64,000 nt of DNA from Candidatus Latescibacterota bacterium (GCA_965222075.1 OZ244937.1:3040001-3104000); one strand, 5' to 3'; shown: positions 35,851 through 46,590, numbered from the stretch's first letter. The notes: generated from the sequence alone by a model not told the origin. A program made the numbers and translations.

Positions 35851-38133
35851 TCAGCCGTCCGTCCGCTTCACCCACACCGGGCTTGACCACGCGTGCGGAC
35901 CTCTCGCCACCGCCACCGTGGACGGATAGTGGGTCCAGGGCGTCGACTGCTCGACCGACAGATAATAGAAATGCTCCCCCGTCCTGCAATCCCGGTCCAC
36001 ATACGAACCTGTCGCCTGAAAATCGCCCGCCCTCCATTTGCAAATACAGACCCCGTCCCGAATAAGCCCCACCGTCGCCGGCGGCGCCGTCACCTGTACC
36101 TCCCACCGGACTTCCGGGGGCTCCGAAACGGTCGCCTCCCCTCCCATAAACGCCCCATTCACCCGGAACTTCACCACAATCCGCGATCCATCCGTCGCAA
36201 AACAGCGGTGTTTTCTCAATGCGTCTAAGATCGCGTCTCGCGTCAGCGCCTCTGCATAAACGCCCGTGAGCCCTCCGCCCATCCCCGGGTTGCGCCGGTG
36301 GTTATCGCTGCTTCCAAAAAACCCGAACCGCCGTCCCCCACTGAGCAGCTCGTGAACCTTGTACTGGTACCTGGGATCCAGCATATGCACGCACCACCCC
36401 GAGCAGACCTCCACATTCGCCTCCGCCGGAGACGCTGTCAGCTCCCAGTTCTCGTGGTGGGGGTGCAGAATCGCGCCCTCTTTTTCAGCGTGCGCCGTAA
36501 TCGCCGCCATCGGTTCCCCCGCCACCTCCGAATATCGAATCAGCGGAAGATCTTCACTCCGTCCGATCACCGTCCGGTGGTAGCGCGTCCTGTGGTTCGG
36601 CTTCTTGCAGGTCCACTCGAAAGCCGGCAGCATCACAAACGTCCCGTCCCGGTGAAAATGCCGCACATAGGTGCAATACGTTTCGTACTCCGACGATGTC
36701 AGACTCAGCAGATGCTTGTCGTTGTCCTGGAGCACCACGCAATCCAGCCCCGCCTTGTCCCGGGCGTACGCAATCAGCTCGTCCACCTCCCCCTCCGCAT
36801 CGGCCGAAAGTCCCGTATGCGAGTGAAGGTCCGCCCAGTAAAGCTGGCATAATGAACCGCTCGCCTCAACCTCCGGACGCGAATCGGGCCGCGGCTCCCG
36901 CAGCACAACCGGCCGCCAGCCCTCCCAGGGCCCTTCCTTCTCCAGCGGAGACGCCCCCTCCAGTTCATATACCATCAGGCCCACATCTTCTGTCGACGTC
37001 TCAGCGTCAACGCGGCAGGCAACCCACAATCGACCCTCCTCAATCCCCGCAGGCGCGTACCACCGGGGGCCCTTCCCTATCGCCAGCGTCGGCCCCACCG
37101 TCTCACCGTCTAACTTCCGGCCGCACAGAATCCCCGGCGTCCACTGCGTGGAACCTTCCGGGACCTCCTTGCGCTCCCACAACATCCAGACCCCGCCGGA
37201 GGGGTCCGGCACAACCTGTGGCTTTCGCCGCCGCCCCAGGAACCCCCACACCCCGGCGCCGTGCTTGTCCAACAACCCCCACGCCAGCCCTCCCAGGTCC
37301 GCACACCCCTCCCCATCCGCTACCGCCGCCCACCCGGACGCGCCCAGACGCGCGGCCCTCGCCGTCGGCCACTGGTCCACCACCCCCTCTGTATTCTCCA
37401 CATCCTGCGAACACAGCCACACCACCCACGGCGCGCCGTCCGCATCCGTACAGACACACGGCGCAAACTGCCAGGCATCGGGCGTCACCATCCCTTCCGT
37501 CGCGGGCGGCATGCTCACCCGCTGCGGCGTCGAAACCGACCCATCCTCCCCCACAAACGCCGCCCATACCGAAAACGTCAACCCGTCGTATTCGTCCCAG
37601 CACACCCAGCACCCACCCTCTGCGGGAGCAACCGCAGGCCGCTGCATCCACCCGTCCTGCGCCCTCACCCGCACCGCCCCTCCCCGGTTCCCCCCGTCGA
37701 AGGCCGCCGCCCAAATCGAAAACATTCCGGGCCTCTCTGTCCGGCACCAGGCCGCCCACAGGCGTCCTCCCCCTGCAGCGGCGTGCAGCCCCACCGCCCC
37801 TTCCCCCTCTCCGACCGATCCGGGCGCGCCCCACCCGGATTCCGACCGGGAGGAATACACCACCCGGTGCCCTTCGCCCCCCTCGATCCACACCGCGGCC
37901 GGCGCCTCCTCAACAAGCCCCACAAAGGGCGAATGCCGCAGTCCCTCCTCAGGCGTGACCGCCTCCTGCGTTCCCATCTCCTCCCGGTCGCAGAACCGCG
38001 CAAAAATCCGTTCTTCGCCCCGTCGGTACCCCTGCCACACCGTCCACAGCCCGTCCGCCCCCAGCACCGCACAGGGTGTGAAACACTCCAGACCGCCGGT
38101 CCGCTCCGACAGCACCCGCTTCACCTGACCCAC
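35851..38133 (-). CDS. Metallohydrolase with C-terminal PHP-like (DUF3604/CehA-like) domain and N-terminal beta-repeat region
   Basis: YWADLHSHT..S.D, FEWT, HPHH, EV.SGW, GSSDNH, LTGVYA..LTR.AI.DAL..R.FAT.G, AWSSPVWV. Confidence 0.78.
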   Translation of the reverse strand: MGQVKRVLSERTGGLECFTPCAVLGADGLWTVWQGYRRGEERIFARFCDREEMGTQEAVTPEEGLRHSPFVGLVEEAPAAVWIEGGEGHRVVYSSRSESGWGAPGSVGEGEGAVGLHAAAGGGRLWAAWCRTERPGMFSIWAAAFDGGNRGGAVRVRAQDGWMQRPAVAPAEGGCWVCWDEYDGLTFSVWAAFVGEDGSVSTPQRVSMPPATEGMVTPDAWQFAPCVCTDADGAPWVVWLCSQDVENTEGVVDQWPTARAARLGASGWAAVADGEGCADLGGLAWGLLDKHGAGVWGFLGRRRKPQVVPDPSGGVWMLWERKEVPEGSTQWTPGILCGRKLDGETVGPTLAIGKGPRWYAPAGIEEGRLWVACRVDAETSTEDVGLMVYELEGASPLEKEGPWEGWRPVVLREPRPDSRPEVEASGSLCQLYWADLHSHTGLSADAEGEVDELIAYARDKAGLDCVVLQDNDKHLLSLTSSEYETYCTYVRHFHRDGTFVMLPAFEWTCKKPNHRTRYHRTVIGRSEDLPLIRYSEVAGEPMAAITAHAEKEGAILHPHHENWELTASPAEANVEVCSGWCVHMLDPRYQYKVHELLSGGRRFGFFGSSDNHRRNPGMGGGLTGVYAEALTRDAILDALRKHRCFATDGSRIVVKFRVNGAFMGGEATVSEPPEVRWEVQVTAPPATVGLIRDGVCICKWRAGDFQATGSYVDRDCRTGEHFYYLSVEQSTPWTHYPSTVAVARGPHAWSSPVWVKRTDG

Positions 38134-38161
38134 TGTTGCCTTCCTTCTATTCGGTAATCGT

Positions 38162-39049
38162 CTACAGGCCCTGCGACCTGACCCACTCCAGATACCGCTT
38201 CGAGCAGAAATCCAGATTCTCTAAGCTACCGCCCCCGCGCAGTGGGGAGCACATCTCGAAGGTCGACACGCCGTCGAACCCGCCCTCCTTCAACCCTTTG
38301 AAGAACCCCGCGTAATCGATAAACCCATCGCCGAAGGCTACGGCGCGAACCATCGCCGGTTCTGCAGGCTGGTAGTTGATCAAATCCGGCTGATAATGGA
38401 ATCGAGGCAACCGTACGTAGTCGGCGCTCGTGGTAATCGCCGCGTGCGGGGCCATCTGCCTGGCCGTCTTGTACAGATCCTCCCCCCGCAGGGCCGGAGA
38501 CCACGCGTCGAACCCCAACTTGCAGTTGGGTCGGTTGATATCGTTCAACAGTTCCAGCAGCGAATCGCTGTGCACGCCGATATCGTGGTGGTTCTGAATC
38601 GCAATCGTCACCCCGTATTCGGCTGCCCGGTCGCAGCACTCCCGCAGGCTGCCCACCACCCGGTTCCACACCACCCCTACGGGATGGCCCTCCGCTTCGT
38701 AGGCCGTAAACACCCGCACAAACCCCGCGCCCAGTTCAGCCCCGATTTTGGCCAGCGCTTCTACGTATGCAATCTGCATCTCCAGCACCGGCACCTCCGC
38801 GGCCATCGCGCCCGAAAAATCCGTGTACCCGGCAATCACCTCGCACGCGATCCCCTCTTTTTCAAGGTGGGCTTTGATCTCCCCGATTCGCTCCGGCGTC
38901 GAATCCAGCGGCGACAGATGCGGCCGCTTGCCTGCAATCATCACCCCGTCGTACCCTAAGGCCGCCGCCTTGCTGATAAACTCCGTCAACGCCAGACAGT
39001 GCTGGCCCCACAGCCCGGCGTAGCTGATGGAAAACAGACAGTGTTTCAT
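38162..39049 (-). CDS. Sugar phosphate isomerase/epimerase family (AP endonuclease 2 TIM barrel)
   Basis: A..LGYDGV, VRVF, IAIQNH, FD, G.G.IDY...L...GFDG...FE; GAGGAGG RBS. Confidence 0.85.
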   Translation of the reverse strand: MKHCLFSISYAGLWGQHCLALTEFISKAAALGYDGVMIAGKRPHLSPLDSTPERIGEIKAHLEKEGIACEVIAGYTDFSGAMAAEVPVLEMQIAYVEALAKIGAELGAGFVRVFTAYEAEGHPVGVVWNRVVGSLRECCDRAAEYGVTIAIQNHHDIGVHSDSLLELLNDINRPNCKLGFDAWSPALRGEDLYKTARQMAPHAAITTSADYVRLPRFHYQPDLINYQPAEPAMVRAVAFGDGFIDYAGFFKGLKEGGFDGVSTFEMCSPLRGGGSLENLDFCSKRYLEWVRSQGL

Positions 39050-39090
39050 AGCCAAACCTCCTCACGCAAGGAATGCGGATTGAGTGCCTT

Positions 39091-40395
39091 TTATTCCGCT
39101 TCTCTAAGCCGCCGGATGACCGATCCGGCAAGCTGCTCTCCCGCTCCGGCGGCCGTGTAGCGCCAGCCCCCCTGCGACTCGAATCCCCCGTCGCGCATCG
39201 ACTTCCACGTTGGGATATACCAGAGCGTACAGTCGTAATATCCTCCCACCAGCGTAAAAGGCGTGGGGGAACCGGCCCGGATCGCCAGGCCGAACTCCAC
39301 AAAGCTCTCCGCGGGCAAACAGGCCAGACACCAGTCGCCCCCGCTCAACAAAAACAGTTCACAGCGCCGGGCCGCGTCCGGATGCTCAATCACCTGCAGC
39401 ATCGCGCAGGGCATCCACGCCCGTCTCGGGCCCAACTCCAGCAGCTCCGCCAGCTGACAGCGCGTCTCTTCAACAGACGGGAGCTCAGGGTCCAGCTCGA
39501 CGACCTCTTTCCAGCCCTTCAACCGAAGGGGTCCCGGACCGCAGAAAACCGAATGCGCCATGGCCTCCAGCACCCCGCTGGCCAGCCGTTCCCCCAGAAC
39601 CTTCGACCCTTCAAGCGTCCCGTCCGCGTACTTGCCGGTCCCCACGTTGCCGGCGGCGCCCTGGAGGAAGAATCCGGGGGCCCCGGTCTCCCGCTCGATC
39701 ACCTCCAGCGCAAAATGCGGAAAATCCGGATGAATCACCTCACTCCGCTGGCGCAGCGCGGTCACGTGGCAGGCATAATTGAAAATACTGACAATCGGAC
39801 GCCCGTCCTCCCCGCGCAAACACAGCACCACCACATCCGGATCGACCAATCCTTCAGGTGCGGCCTGAAGCTCCGGAGGCGCCACCCCGTAGCGCGTCGC
39901 AATGCTCCCGTCCGGCTGCCGCACACTCCGGATCGCTCCCACCTGCTCCACCGGCGCCATCCCCGCCTCTACCCTCGCCGGGCGCCGCTCCGCCTTCGCC
40001 CGGCGCGCCGCATCCACAAAAGCCGCCTCCATCCGGTCCAGCCAACCGTAACTCAGAAAGTGATGCCCGAACGCATCCAAAATCTCCTGCGTCGCCAGGT
40101 CTGCCGCCGGCGCCGCGTGGTTGTGCGAGGCATTCAGCAGCACCCGCGACCGGGCAACCCCCACCGCGCGGGCAATCGCATCCCGCATCCGCCGGTCCGC
40201 CTTCCGGGTGAACCCGATGTGATCCGCCATCGCCAGCACCACCGGCCCTTCCCCCTCCGCCTCCTCCAGGTAGACCACGCGTCCCGTAAGCGGCGCGGCC
40301 ACCTCCCGCACCCGGCTCTCCAGAAACGGCCCATAAGCCTCGCCGACCTCCAGGCTGATGTCCGCACTGGCATATCCAGCCAGCAGAACCTGCAT
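39091..40395 (-). CDS. Neutral/alkaline ceramidase-like metallo-amidohydrolase
   Basis: LLNASHNHAAP, VDPDV.VL, NYACHVT, DFP, FLQGAAGN and LPAE.FVE.GL motifs. Confidence 0.78.
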   Translation of the reverse strand: MQVLLAGYASADISLEVGEAYGPFLESRVREVAAPLTGRVVYLEEAEGEGPVVLAMADHIGFTRKADRRMRDAIARAVGVARSRVLLNASHNHAAPAADLATQEILDAFGHHFLSYGWLDRMEAAFVDAARRAKAERRPARVEAGMAPVEQVGAIRSVRQPDGSIATRYGVAPPELQAAPEGLVDPDVVVLCLRGEDGRPIVSIFNYACHVTALRQRSEVIHPDFPHFALEVIERETGAPGFFLQGAAGNVGTGKYADGTLEGSKVLGERLASGVLEAMAHSVFCGPGPLRLKGWKEVVELDPELPSVEETRCQLAELLELGPRRAWMPCAMLQVIEHPDAARRCELFLLSGGDWCLACLPAESFVEFGLAIRAGSPTPFTLVGGYYDCTLWYIPTWKSMRDGGFESQGGWRYTAAGAGEQLAGSVIRRLREAE

Positions 40396-40396
40396 G

Positions 40397-40437
40397 GACC
40401 TGACCCCTTAACCCCCTTCCCCACACGGGAAGGAGGA
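40397..40437. repeat. REP-like family B copy
   Basis: GACCTGACCCCTTAACCCCCTTCCCCACACGGGAAGGAGG. Confidence 0.6.
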
Positions 40438-40468
40438 ACAAAATCGCCTTTCGACCAACCTCCAGGTC

Positions 40469-41728
40469 CTACCGTCCCACGCGTCCAGGCAGCGCCCGCA
40501 GCACCTTGTGCAGCCCCCGCGCCACATCCTCTCCATCCTCTTCGCTCCAATCCAGGCTGAGCTGGTACTCGCCCACGCGCGTCAGCACCTCCTCCGTCTC
40601 CGGACACAGCCCGGGACCGTAATTCGCCTCCCCGTCGTACAGCTTCGGGTCCCACGGCGACGGTCCGTTGTGCCACACGCGCTTCTGGAGAACCACATCG
40701 TTCATATACACCGGCTTCCCCCCGTACGCGTGCTTGATCGACACGCCCTCCGCCTTCAGCGCCTCCTTCACCCACCCAAACGCCTCACCCGTCTTGAACA
40801 CCAGAATCACCGTCACCCCCACATCCCGCTCCTCATCCTCCAGACAGCGCACGTACACATCCGGATATTCCGCCGCCGCCTGCTTGATATGCCCTCCCAC
40901 CTTCCGCACGTGCGCCTTCAGCCGGTCCAGCTTCTTCATCTGCTCCAGCATAACCGCCGCCGAGAGTTCGGTCATCCGATAATTCTCCCCCACGAACGCG
41001 GGCAGGACCACAGCGTCGTTCCCCCGCACCGTCCCCTGGTCGTGACAGGCCACCGCCCGCGCGTGGAGGTCAGCGTCGTTCGTCGTCACCATCCCCCCCT
41101 CTCCCGCCGACAACACCTTGTTCATCTGGAAACTGAACGCGTTGATCGTTCCCATTGACCCGATATACCGCCCCTTGTAACGCGCCCCCAGCGACTGCGC
41201 GCAGTCCTCGATGACCGGAATCCCGCGCCGTTCGCCCAGCGCCAGGATCGGGTCCATCTCCGCGGCCATCCCCCGCCAGTGCACCACCGAAATCGCCTTC
41301 GTGCGCGGCGTAATCACCCGCTCGATCGCTTCCGGATAGATGTGCACATCCTCGTCCACCTCGCAGAAAATCGGCACCGCCTGACAGGACGCCACCGCCC
41401 CTGCGCATCCCACGAACGTCGCAGCCGGAACAATCACCTCGTCCCCCGGTCCGATGCCCAGAGCGCGCATCGCCACAATCAGCGCGGCCGTCCCGGAAGT
41501 CACAGCCAGCGCGTATTTCACGCCCATGGCCTCTGCAAACACCTTCTCCAGTTCGGCCGTCTTATACGCCGGGTCCGGCCCGTAATACCGGAACGGCGAC
41601 CGGTGGTCCAGCACCTCCATCACCGCCCGCTTCTCCTCCTCCCCGATCATCGACGCGCCCGGATAGGGCCTGGGCAGGGGATTCGTACGAACCGGTTTTC
41701 CTCCATCGATTGCAAGTGCATCCGACAT
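40469..41728 (-). CDS. DegT/DnrJ/EryC1/StrS PLP-dependent aminotransferase
   Basis: SGTAAL, GPGDEVIVP, IEDCAQ, FSFQMNK, GEGG and GENYRM motifs. Confidence 0.93.
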   Translation of the reverse strand: MSDALAIDGGKPVRTNPLPRPYPGASMIGEEEKRAVMEVLDHRSPFRYYGPDPAYKTAELEKVFAEAMGVKYALAVTSGTAALIVAMRALGIGPGDEVIVPAATFVGCAGAVASCQAVPIFCEVDEDVHIYPEAIERVITPRTKAISVVHWRGMAAEMDPILALGERRGIPVIEDCAQSLGARYKGRYIGSMGTINAFSFQMNKVLSAGEGGMVTTNDADLHARAVACHDQGTVRGNDAVVLPAFVGENYRMTELSAAVMLEQMKKLDRLKAHVRKVGGHIKQAAAEYPDVYVRCLEDEERDVGVTVILVFKTGEAFGWVKEALKAEGVSIKHAYGGKPVYMNDVVLQKRVWHNGPSPWDPKLYDGEANYGPGLCPETEEVLTRVGEYQLSLDWSEEDGEDVARGLHKVLRALPGRVGR

Positions 41729-41825
41729 GGAACCACTCCTTTGCGTTTTGGGAACTTTTCTCCCTCTTCCATGATAACCGCATCGCCCTTTGATTCCAAC
41801 TATTTTTAGATCCGCCGGCCGGCCA

Positions 41826-43361
41826 TCACATCCCGCCGATATCTTTGAGGACTTCCTGTGCGGCATTGTGCCCGGGCACGCCGCTCACCTCCCCCCCGGG
41901 GTGCTGCCCGGCCCCGCACAGGTAGAGTCCCCCAAGCGGCGCCCGGTACTCTGCCAATTCGGGCAGCGGCCGGTTCCAGAACAGGTGCTCGCCCGCGTGC
42001 TGGATGTGCCAGATACACCCGTCGGTCAGCCCGTTCTCCCGCTCCAGATCCAGGGGCGTGCGCAGCTTGTAGTCCCGGATCGACGCCCTGAAATTGGGCG
42101 CGTACTCCGTAATCTGGTCGATCAGCCCTTCGGCCACCGCCTCGCGCACATCGTCCCAGGTCCCCTTCCTGAGCTTTGCGGGCGCCGGCACGATCCAGAC
42201 CGAAGCGGTGTGGTAGCCCGGCTGCGTCACGGTAGGGTCCACAAAGGAGGGGATCGAAAAGCTGACCAGCGGGGCCTCCGGGGGACGCCCGGCCTCCAAA
42301 TCATCGTACGCAGCCGCGACTGCGGCCCGGGTGCGCGGAAACGTAACCGCGCCAAGGTGCGGCCGGTCGGGGTCCCCGTCCCAGTCCTTCCACTGCGGCA
42401 GCTCCGAAATCACGGCTAAAAACTTATAGCAACTCACGTGGGTAATCAGCCCCTCAATGCGGCTGCGGAGGCCGTCGTCCAAATGCCCGGAAGGCAGCAG
42501 GTTCAGAAAAGTGCGCTTGGGGTCTAAGTTGGAAACCACCACCCGGGCGCGCACCTCGGCGCCGTCTTCCAATCTGACCCCGATCACCTTCCCACCCTCC
42601 ACCAGGAACCTCTCCACCCCCCGGTTGAGGTGGACCTGTGCGCCCGCCTCATCTGCGGCCTCCGCCATCGCCCGGCTCACCGCGCCCACCCCGCCCTTCA
42701 CGTACCCATAAGGAGGCTTCTCCCCCGTCTCCTCCTCAGGGGCGTTGAGCGAAGCGTAGGCAATGCTGAGGGCTAAAGGATTGCGCCCGACCGCGGCCCG
42801 CTCCCCCGCGTACCGGTCCCTCAGCACGCCGGGAGGCAAAAATTCGTCCTGCAGGTCCAGCAGCCGGGCGCTCAACGCCTTTTCCAGCACCTCGGCCGCC
42901 GGCGTGCCGGCCACCGTTGCTCGCACCTCATCCAGCGGGGGCGGGGGGCGCAGCCGGTAGTGCGTAAAAATCTCCTGCAACGTGCGTTTAAACGCCCCGT
43001 AGCGCCGCTGCCCCTCGCGCTCCTCCCTGCTCAGGTGGACCGTGTGGTTGCGGGGCGAATCGTGGTCTTTGGGGCCGTAATACGTCCCGTCCCCCCGCAG
43101 AATCAACCCCCCTGGACGGGGAATCGCCTCCAGGCCCCGCTCGTAAAGCCGCAGGTCCCGGATGATCCTGGGATGAATCCCGTGGATCATGTGTGCGCAG
43201 GTGGAAAACTGAAACCCGGGCCACAGTTCTTCGGTAACTGCGGCTCCTCCTACAAAGGATCGGCGCTCAAACAGATGCACATCCAAACCGGTCCTTACAA
43301 GGTACGCAGCGGCCACCAGGCCGTTATGACCCGCGCCTACAACAGCGACATCTACGTCCAT
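41826..43361 (-). CDS. Phytoene-dehydrogenase-like FAD-dependent oxidoreductase
   Basis: VVGAGHNGLVAAAYL, ERR..VGGAA.TEE, TPLDLER, GLYLCGAG.HPGG.VSG.PG.NAA; AGGAGG RBS. Confidence 0.9.
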   Translation of the reverse strand: MDVDVAVVGAGHNGLVAAAYLVRTGLDVHLFERRSFVGGAAVTEELWPGFQFSTCAHMIHGIHPRIIRDLRLYERGLEAIPRPGGLILRGDGTYYGPKDHDSPRNHTVHLSREEREGQRRYGAFKRTLQEIFTHYRLRPPPPLDEVRATVAGTPAAEVLEKALSARLLDLQDEFLPPGVLRDRYAGERAAVGRNPLALSIAYASLNAPEEETGEKPPYGYVKGGVGAVSRAMAEAADEAGAQVHLNRGVERFLVEGGKVIGVRLEDGAEVRARVVVSNLDPKRTFLNLLPSGHLDDGLRSRIEGLITHVSCYKFLAVISELPQWKDWDGDPDRPHLGAVTFPRTRAAVAAAYDDLEAGRPPEAPLVSFSIPSFVDPTVTQPGYHTASVWIVPAPAKLRKGTWDDVREAVAEGLIDQITEYAPNFRASIRDYKLRTPLDLERENGLTDGCIWHIQHAGEHLFWNRPLPELAEYRAPLGGLYLCGAGQHPGGEVSGVPGHNAAQEVLKDIGGM

Positions 43362-43528
43362 TGAGTCCTCCTTTTTCAACGGTTGGAACGACCGTCCACT
43401 CCCCCGATCTCTCGCTCTTTGAAGATCCTGTGCGGCGTTGTGCACGGGCACGCCCAGGAAGTTTAGACCCTCAAGCGCTTTCCCAAATTGCAAATGGGTG
43501 CCTCTCTCAAGCGACTTAATGGCCCCGT

Positions 43529-45487
43529 TCATCTTTTAATAATGTCGAAGTGCGTTTCCAGCGTATCGTCGCCTGCTCCTCCAAAGTGCACATCGAACAC
43601 CCAGGGCGCGGGTTCGTTCGGGTACAGCGGGTTGTTGCGTAGCCATTTGTTGTCCCGGTAGAGCCGAGTTCTAACCTTCTCTTCCGAATCAAGGCGGATG
43701 ACCAGGCGGGCATTTCCCCGAACGGCCACAAAGCAGCCTTCCTCTTCAATTACCTCCACCCCGTACTCAAAGTGCCACCGGGCAACGTGCGGTCTTCCGG
43801 CATCCCCCTCTACCCGGTCCCGGACGGTCCAGCCCCTGCGGAATCGGAAGGTGACCTCACGGGACAAGGTTACGCCGGGATAGCCCTGATGGGCGCTTGC
43901 CACCCGGATGCAGTTGTGGATCTTCTGCCAGTGAGTTTGAACCGGTGTGGGTTTCGGCCCCCATCTGGAGATCAGCGATTCTATGGACCGGGCGGGCTGT
44001 CCGCCCACGAGGACCACATTGTGGGAGGTCATTGCGTAGAGATGGCCCCGGCTGGCCCTCTTTTTGGCCTGCCGATTCCGGTTGAAGTACGAATAAAGTT
44101 CGGATATCGGGGTGCCGACTACCGATTCGCCACAGACGACGAGCTGCAATGAGAGGGCATCATCGTGGGCATGGTTGGGGATGCCGGGGCCGGGGACCGA
44201 GAGGGACATGGCCGAGGCGCTGGGCGTCCAGGCATCCCGCGCGACGAAATATCCCGATACAGGATAATGAGCCGTGAGGGGCAGGTCTTTGGGCGGAGGG
44301 AGTTTCAGGGCCGGCCGATCTTCGGGCTGGAACTGTTTTTTTAACCGGAGGCGCTTCGCCACGTCAGCAGCGGTCCGGCTCTTGAGGAGGTTTGCGGCGG
44401 CACCCAGCAGATGAGCGCTCGACCGCTCATCGGAGCTGCCGTCTCCGATATCGGGTTGGGAGCCGTCCGGGAGCGTGAGCAGAGCGACCATTTCGGCGCA
44501 CTTCCTGAGCCGGGTCTTTCCTCTTTGATCCAGCAGGGGGATGCGGTTTAAGGCGGCGAGGCGCAGCGGGATCAGGAACATGTGGAGGGCAGAGATGGTG
44601 TAAGCGGCCGACCGCTCCTCGTAGCCGCCGTCGGCGAGGAAGCTGCGTTCGATGTGTCTGACGATGACGGGCCTGGCTTGGTCGACCAGTATGCGCACTT
44701 CCGGAAACTCGGGGAGCATGATGCCGAAGATCAGGGGCGCGGTTCCCCGCTCCCAGAGGTGGTGGTTGGCCGGCACATATTTGCTTTTGGCGTAGTTGCG
44801 GTACTGGATTGCGATAAACCAGAGCGATTTGAGAAGTCCGAAAGTCGTATCGAGTGGAACCTGGGGGGCGAAGGCGATGCCACCGTAGAGGGCGTCAACC
44901 CAGGCGAGCCACCGGTAGGCGGTGGTCATGGTATCGTGCCCGTCGGAATGGGACAATACGGCGGTACCGGGGTGGAATTCGGGACCTACGACTAAGGGCC
45001 AATCAGCCCGCCAGCGGTCGACGAATTCGGCGAATTTCTCGGCGTAGGTCGCACGGCCGGTTTCGGCGTATGCGATGGCCAGGTCGCGGAAGAAGTTGCC
45101 CCGTTTCAACCTGTACGGCGTGGAGGTGAGCTGTCGCATCTCCGCGGTGCGCCACTTAAGGTTCTTACCGAAGTCCCACACGCGTGAGGGGTCATCTTTC
45201 CTCAGAAGGAAGCGGTTTTCCAGTAGGGCCTCCGCCCGGCTCGGGTCTCCCATTTCACGGTCGGGCCAGGCGGAGGTGACCTTCCCGCGTTTCCCGGACC
45301 GGAGGTCAAAAAACCATCTGGGGCGCTGCCGCGTGCGAAAGTGGTCCACCAGCAGGCGCTTTGCCCCCTCCAGGTCTCCAGCATCGCGGGCGCGGCGTAT
45401 CTTCGCCAGATCGCGGCGCATAGGGTCGAGCGCGTTGAGGAAGTCGAGGTCGCTGACGGTGCATTCGTTTCTGGGAATTTTGGCCAT
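43529..45487 (-). CDS. Heparinase II/III-family protein (distinct, HepC-like architecture)
   Basis: ANHHLWE, DGGYEE.S..Y, PDIGD, SGYFV.R..W, HAHDDALS, HNVVLV, WHF; no CxxC module. Confidence 0.85.
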   Translation of the reverse strand: MAKIPRNECTVSDLDFLNALDPMRRDLAKIRRARDAGDLEGAKRLLVDHFRTRQRPRWFFDLRSGKRGKVTSAWPDREMGDPSRAEALLENRFLLRKDDPSRVWDFGKNLKWRTAEMRQLTSTPYRLKRGNFFRDLAIAYAETGRATYAEKFAEFVDRWRADWPLVVGPEFHPGTAVLSHSDGHDTMTTAYRWLAWVDALYGGIAFAPQVPLDTTFGLLKSLWFIAIQYRNYAKSKYVPANHHLWERGTAPLIFGIMLPEFPEVRILVDQARPVIVRHIERSFLADGGYEERSAAYTISALHMFLIPLRLAALNRIPLLDQRGKTRLRKCAEMVALLTLPDGSQPDIGDGSSDERSSAHLLGAAANLLKSRTAADVAKRLRLKKQFQPEDRPALKLPPPKDLPLTAHYPVSGYFVARDAWTPSASAMSLSVPGPGIPNHAHDDALSLQLVVCGESVVGTPISELYSYFNRNRQAKKRASRGHLYAMTSHNVVLVGGQPARSIESLISRWGPKPTPVQTHWQKIHNCIRVASAHQGYPGVTLSREVTFRFRRGWTVRDRVEGDAGRPHVARWHFEYGVEVIEEEGCFVAVRGNARLVIRLDSEEKVRTRLYRDNKWLRNNPLYPNEPAPWVFDVHFGGAGDDTLETHFDIIKR

Positions 45488-45608
45488 GTTTGGACCTCCA
45501 AGGTCGAGATCGCCGTCCAGTTCCCCTCATCTACAGAGCGGGCGCAAGGCCCTGCGCCCGCCTGGTCGGATAACCTGAACCGGTGTACTCTCCGCAATTC
45601 CCGATCCG

Positions 45609-46529
45609 TTATTTCCTATCCCGCACGCACTCAAGCGACTCTGCCATGCCCCGGATGAGCTCGGGCCCTGCGCCGTCGTCGCCCCCGATATAGTGGATGC
45701 CCTCCGCCTTTGCGCGCAGGGCGTAATTGCCCATCTCCACGCCCGGGATGATAACCGACTCTAAGAACGGCTCCCAGTTGTTGGGGCCGCTCGTGCGGTG
45801 CCCGGCAGGAACGAACGCAACCGGCGCGTCCACAGCCCGCCGCATCGCCCGCACATGAGGCCACATCATGCCCGGCTCCATCCCGCCGTTGATGCCCACA
45901 ACGTCGGCGCCGGCGTCGGCCAGGGTGCGTGCGCACTCCGCGGGCGAGGCGTTTTCCTTTTCCACGGGCTCGTCGGACTTGAACCGCTTCTTCAACCAGA
46001 TCTTTCCGTTCATGCAGGCCACCGTGGGAAGGCCGGCCTTTTTGCAGCACGCCAGCGCAAGGGTGGCCTCCTCCAGCCAGGGGAAAGACGCGCAAACCAG
46101 GAAGTCCACGCCCTCGTCCACGAGCACTCCGATCTGTTCCTCCCATTCGGCCTGCGCCCTCCCGTGCGAAGCGGCGTCCCCCGGTGTGTAGATCGCGCTT
46201 TCGCCCACGGTCCCGGCAATCAGAGCCTCGTCGCCCGCGACCTGCCTGGCCATCTGCACCGCAACGCGGTTGGCCTCTTCCACGCGGTCCCCCCACCCCG
46301 CTTTGCCCTTCTGCTCCAGGTGGGTGCGCGTGGCCCACCGGGTAAGGGTCTGCAGCACCCGGGAACCTGCGCGGAAGAAATCCTGGTGGAGCAGCCGCAC
46401 CACGTGGGGAAACTCTAAAATAGCCTTCGGCGTGCCGTAGCCGCGGAACCTCAGCTCCAGGATATATCCACCGTCGGCCAGAACGAAATTTTCTTTCAGC
46501 AGATTCAGGATATTTTTTTTGTCGGCCAT
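45609..46529 (-). CDS. Homocysteine S-methyltransferase-family paralog lacking Zn-binding cysteines
   Basis: DGG..EL, H.DFFRAG..VLQ.LT, N..AV..A; GINGG and GGDDG replace G.NC and GGCCG. Confidence 0.82.
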   Translation of the reverse strand: MADKKNILNLLKENFVLADGGYILELRFRGYGTPKAILEFPHVVRLLHQDFFRAGSRVLQTLTRWATRTHLEQKGKAGWGDRVEEANRVAVQMARQVAGDEALIAGTVGESAIYTPGDAASHGRAQAEWEEQIGVLVDEGVDFLVCASFPWLEEATLALACCKKAGLPTVACMNGKIWLKKRFKSDEPVEKENASPAECARTLADAGADVVGINGGMEPGMMWPHVRAMRRAVDAPVAFVPAGHRTSGPNNWEPFLESVIIPGVEMGNYALRAKAEGIHYIGGDDGAGPELIRGMAESLECVRDRK

Positions 46530-46590
46530 CCTCATTTTCTTATCCGTTGTTCGCGGTTCGGTGGAGGGAACCCGTCCCGGTTCACAGTCG

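Noticed and set aside
41826-43361. Carotenoid biosynthesis gene (crtI)
   Set aside because: No crtB/crtE neighbours; the family includes many non-carotenoid oxidoreductases and the context is catabolic.
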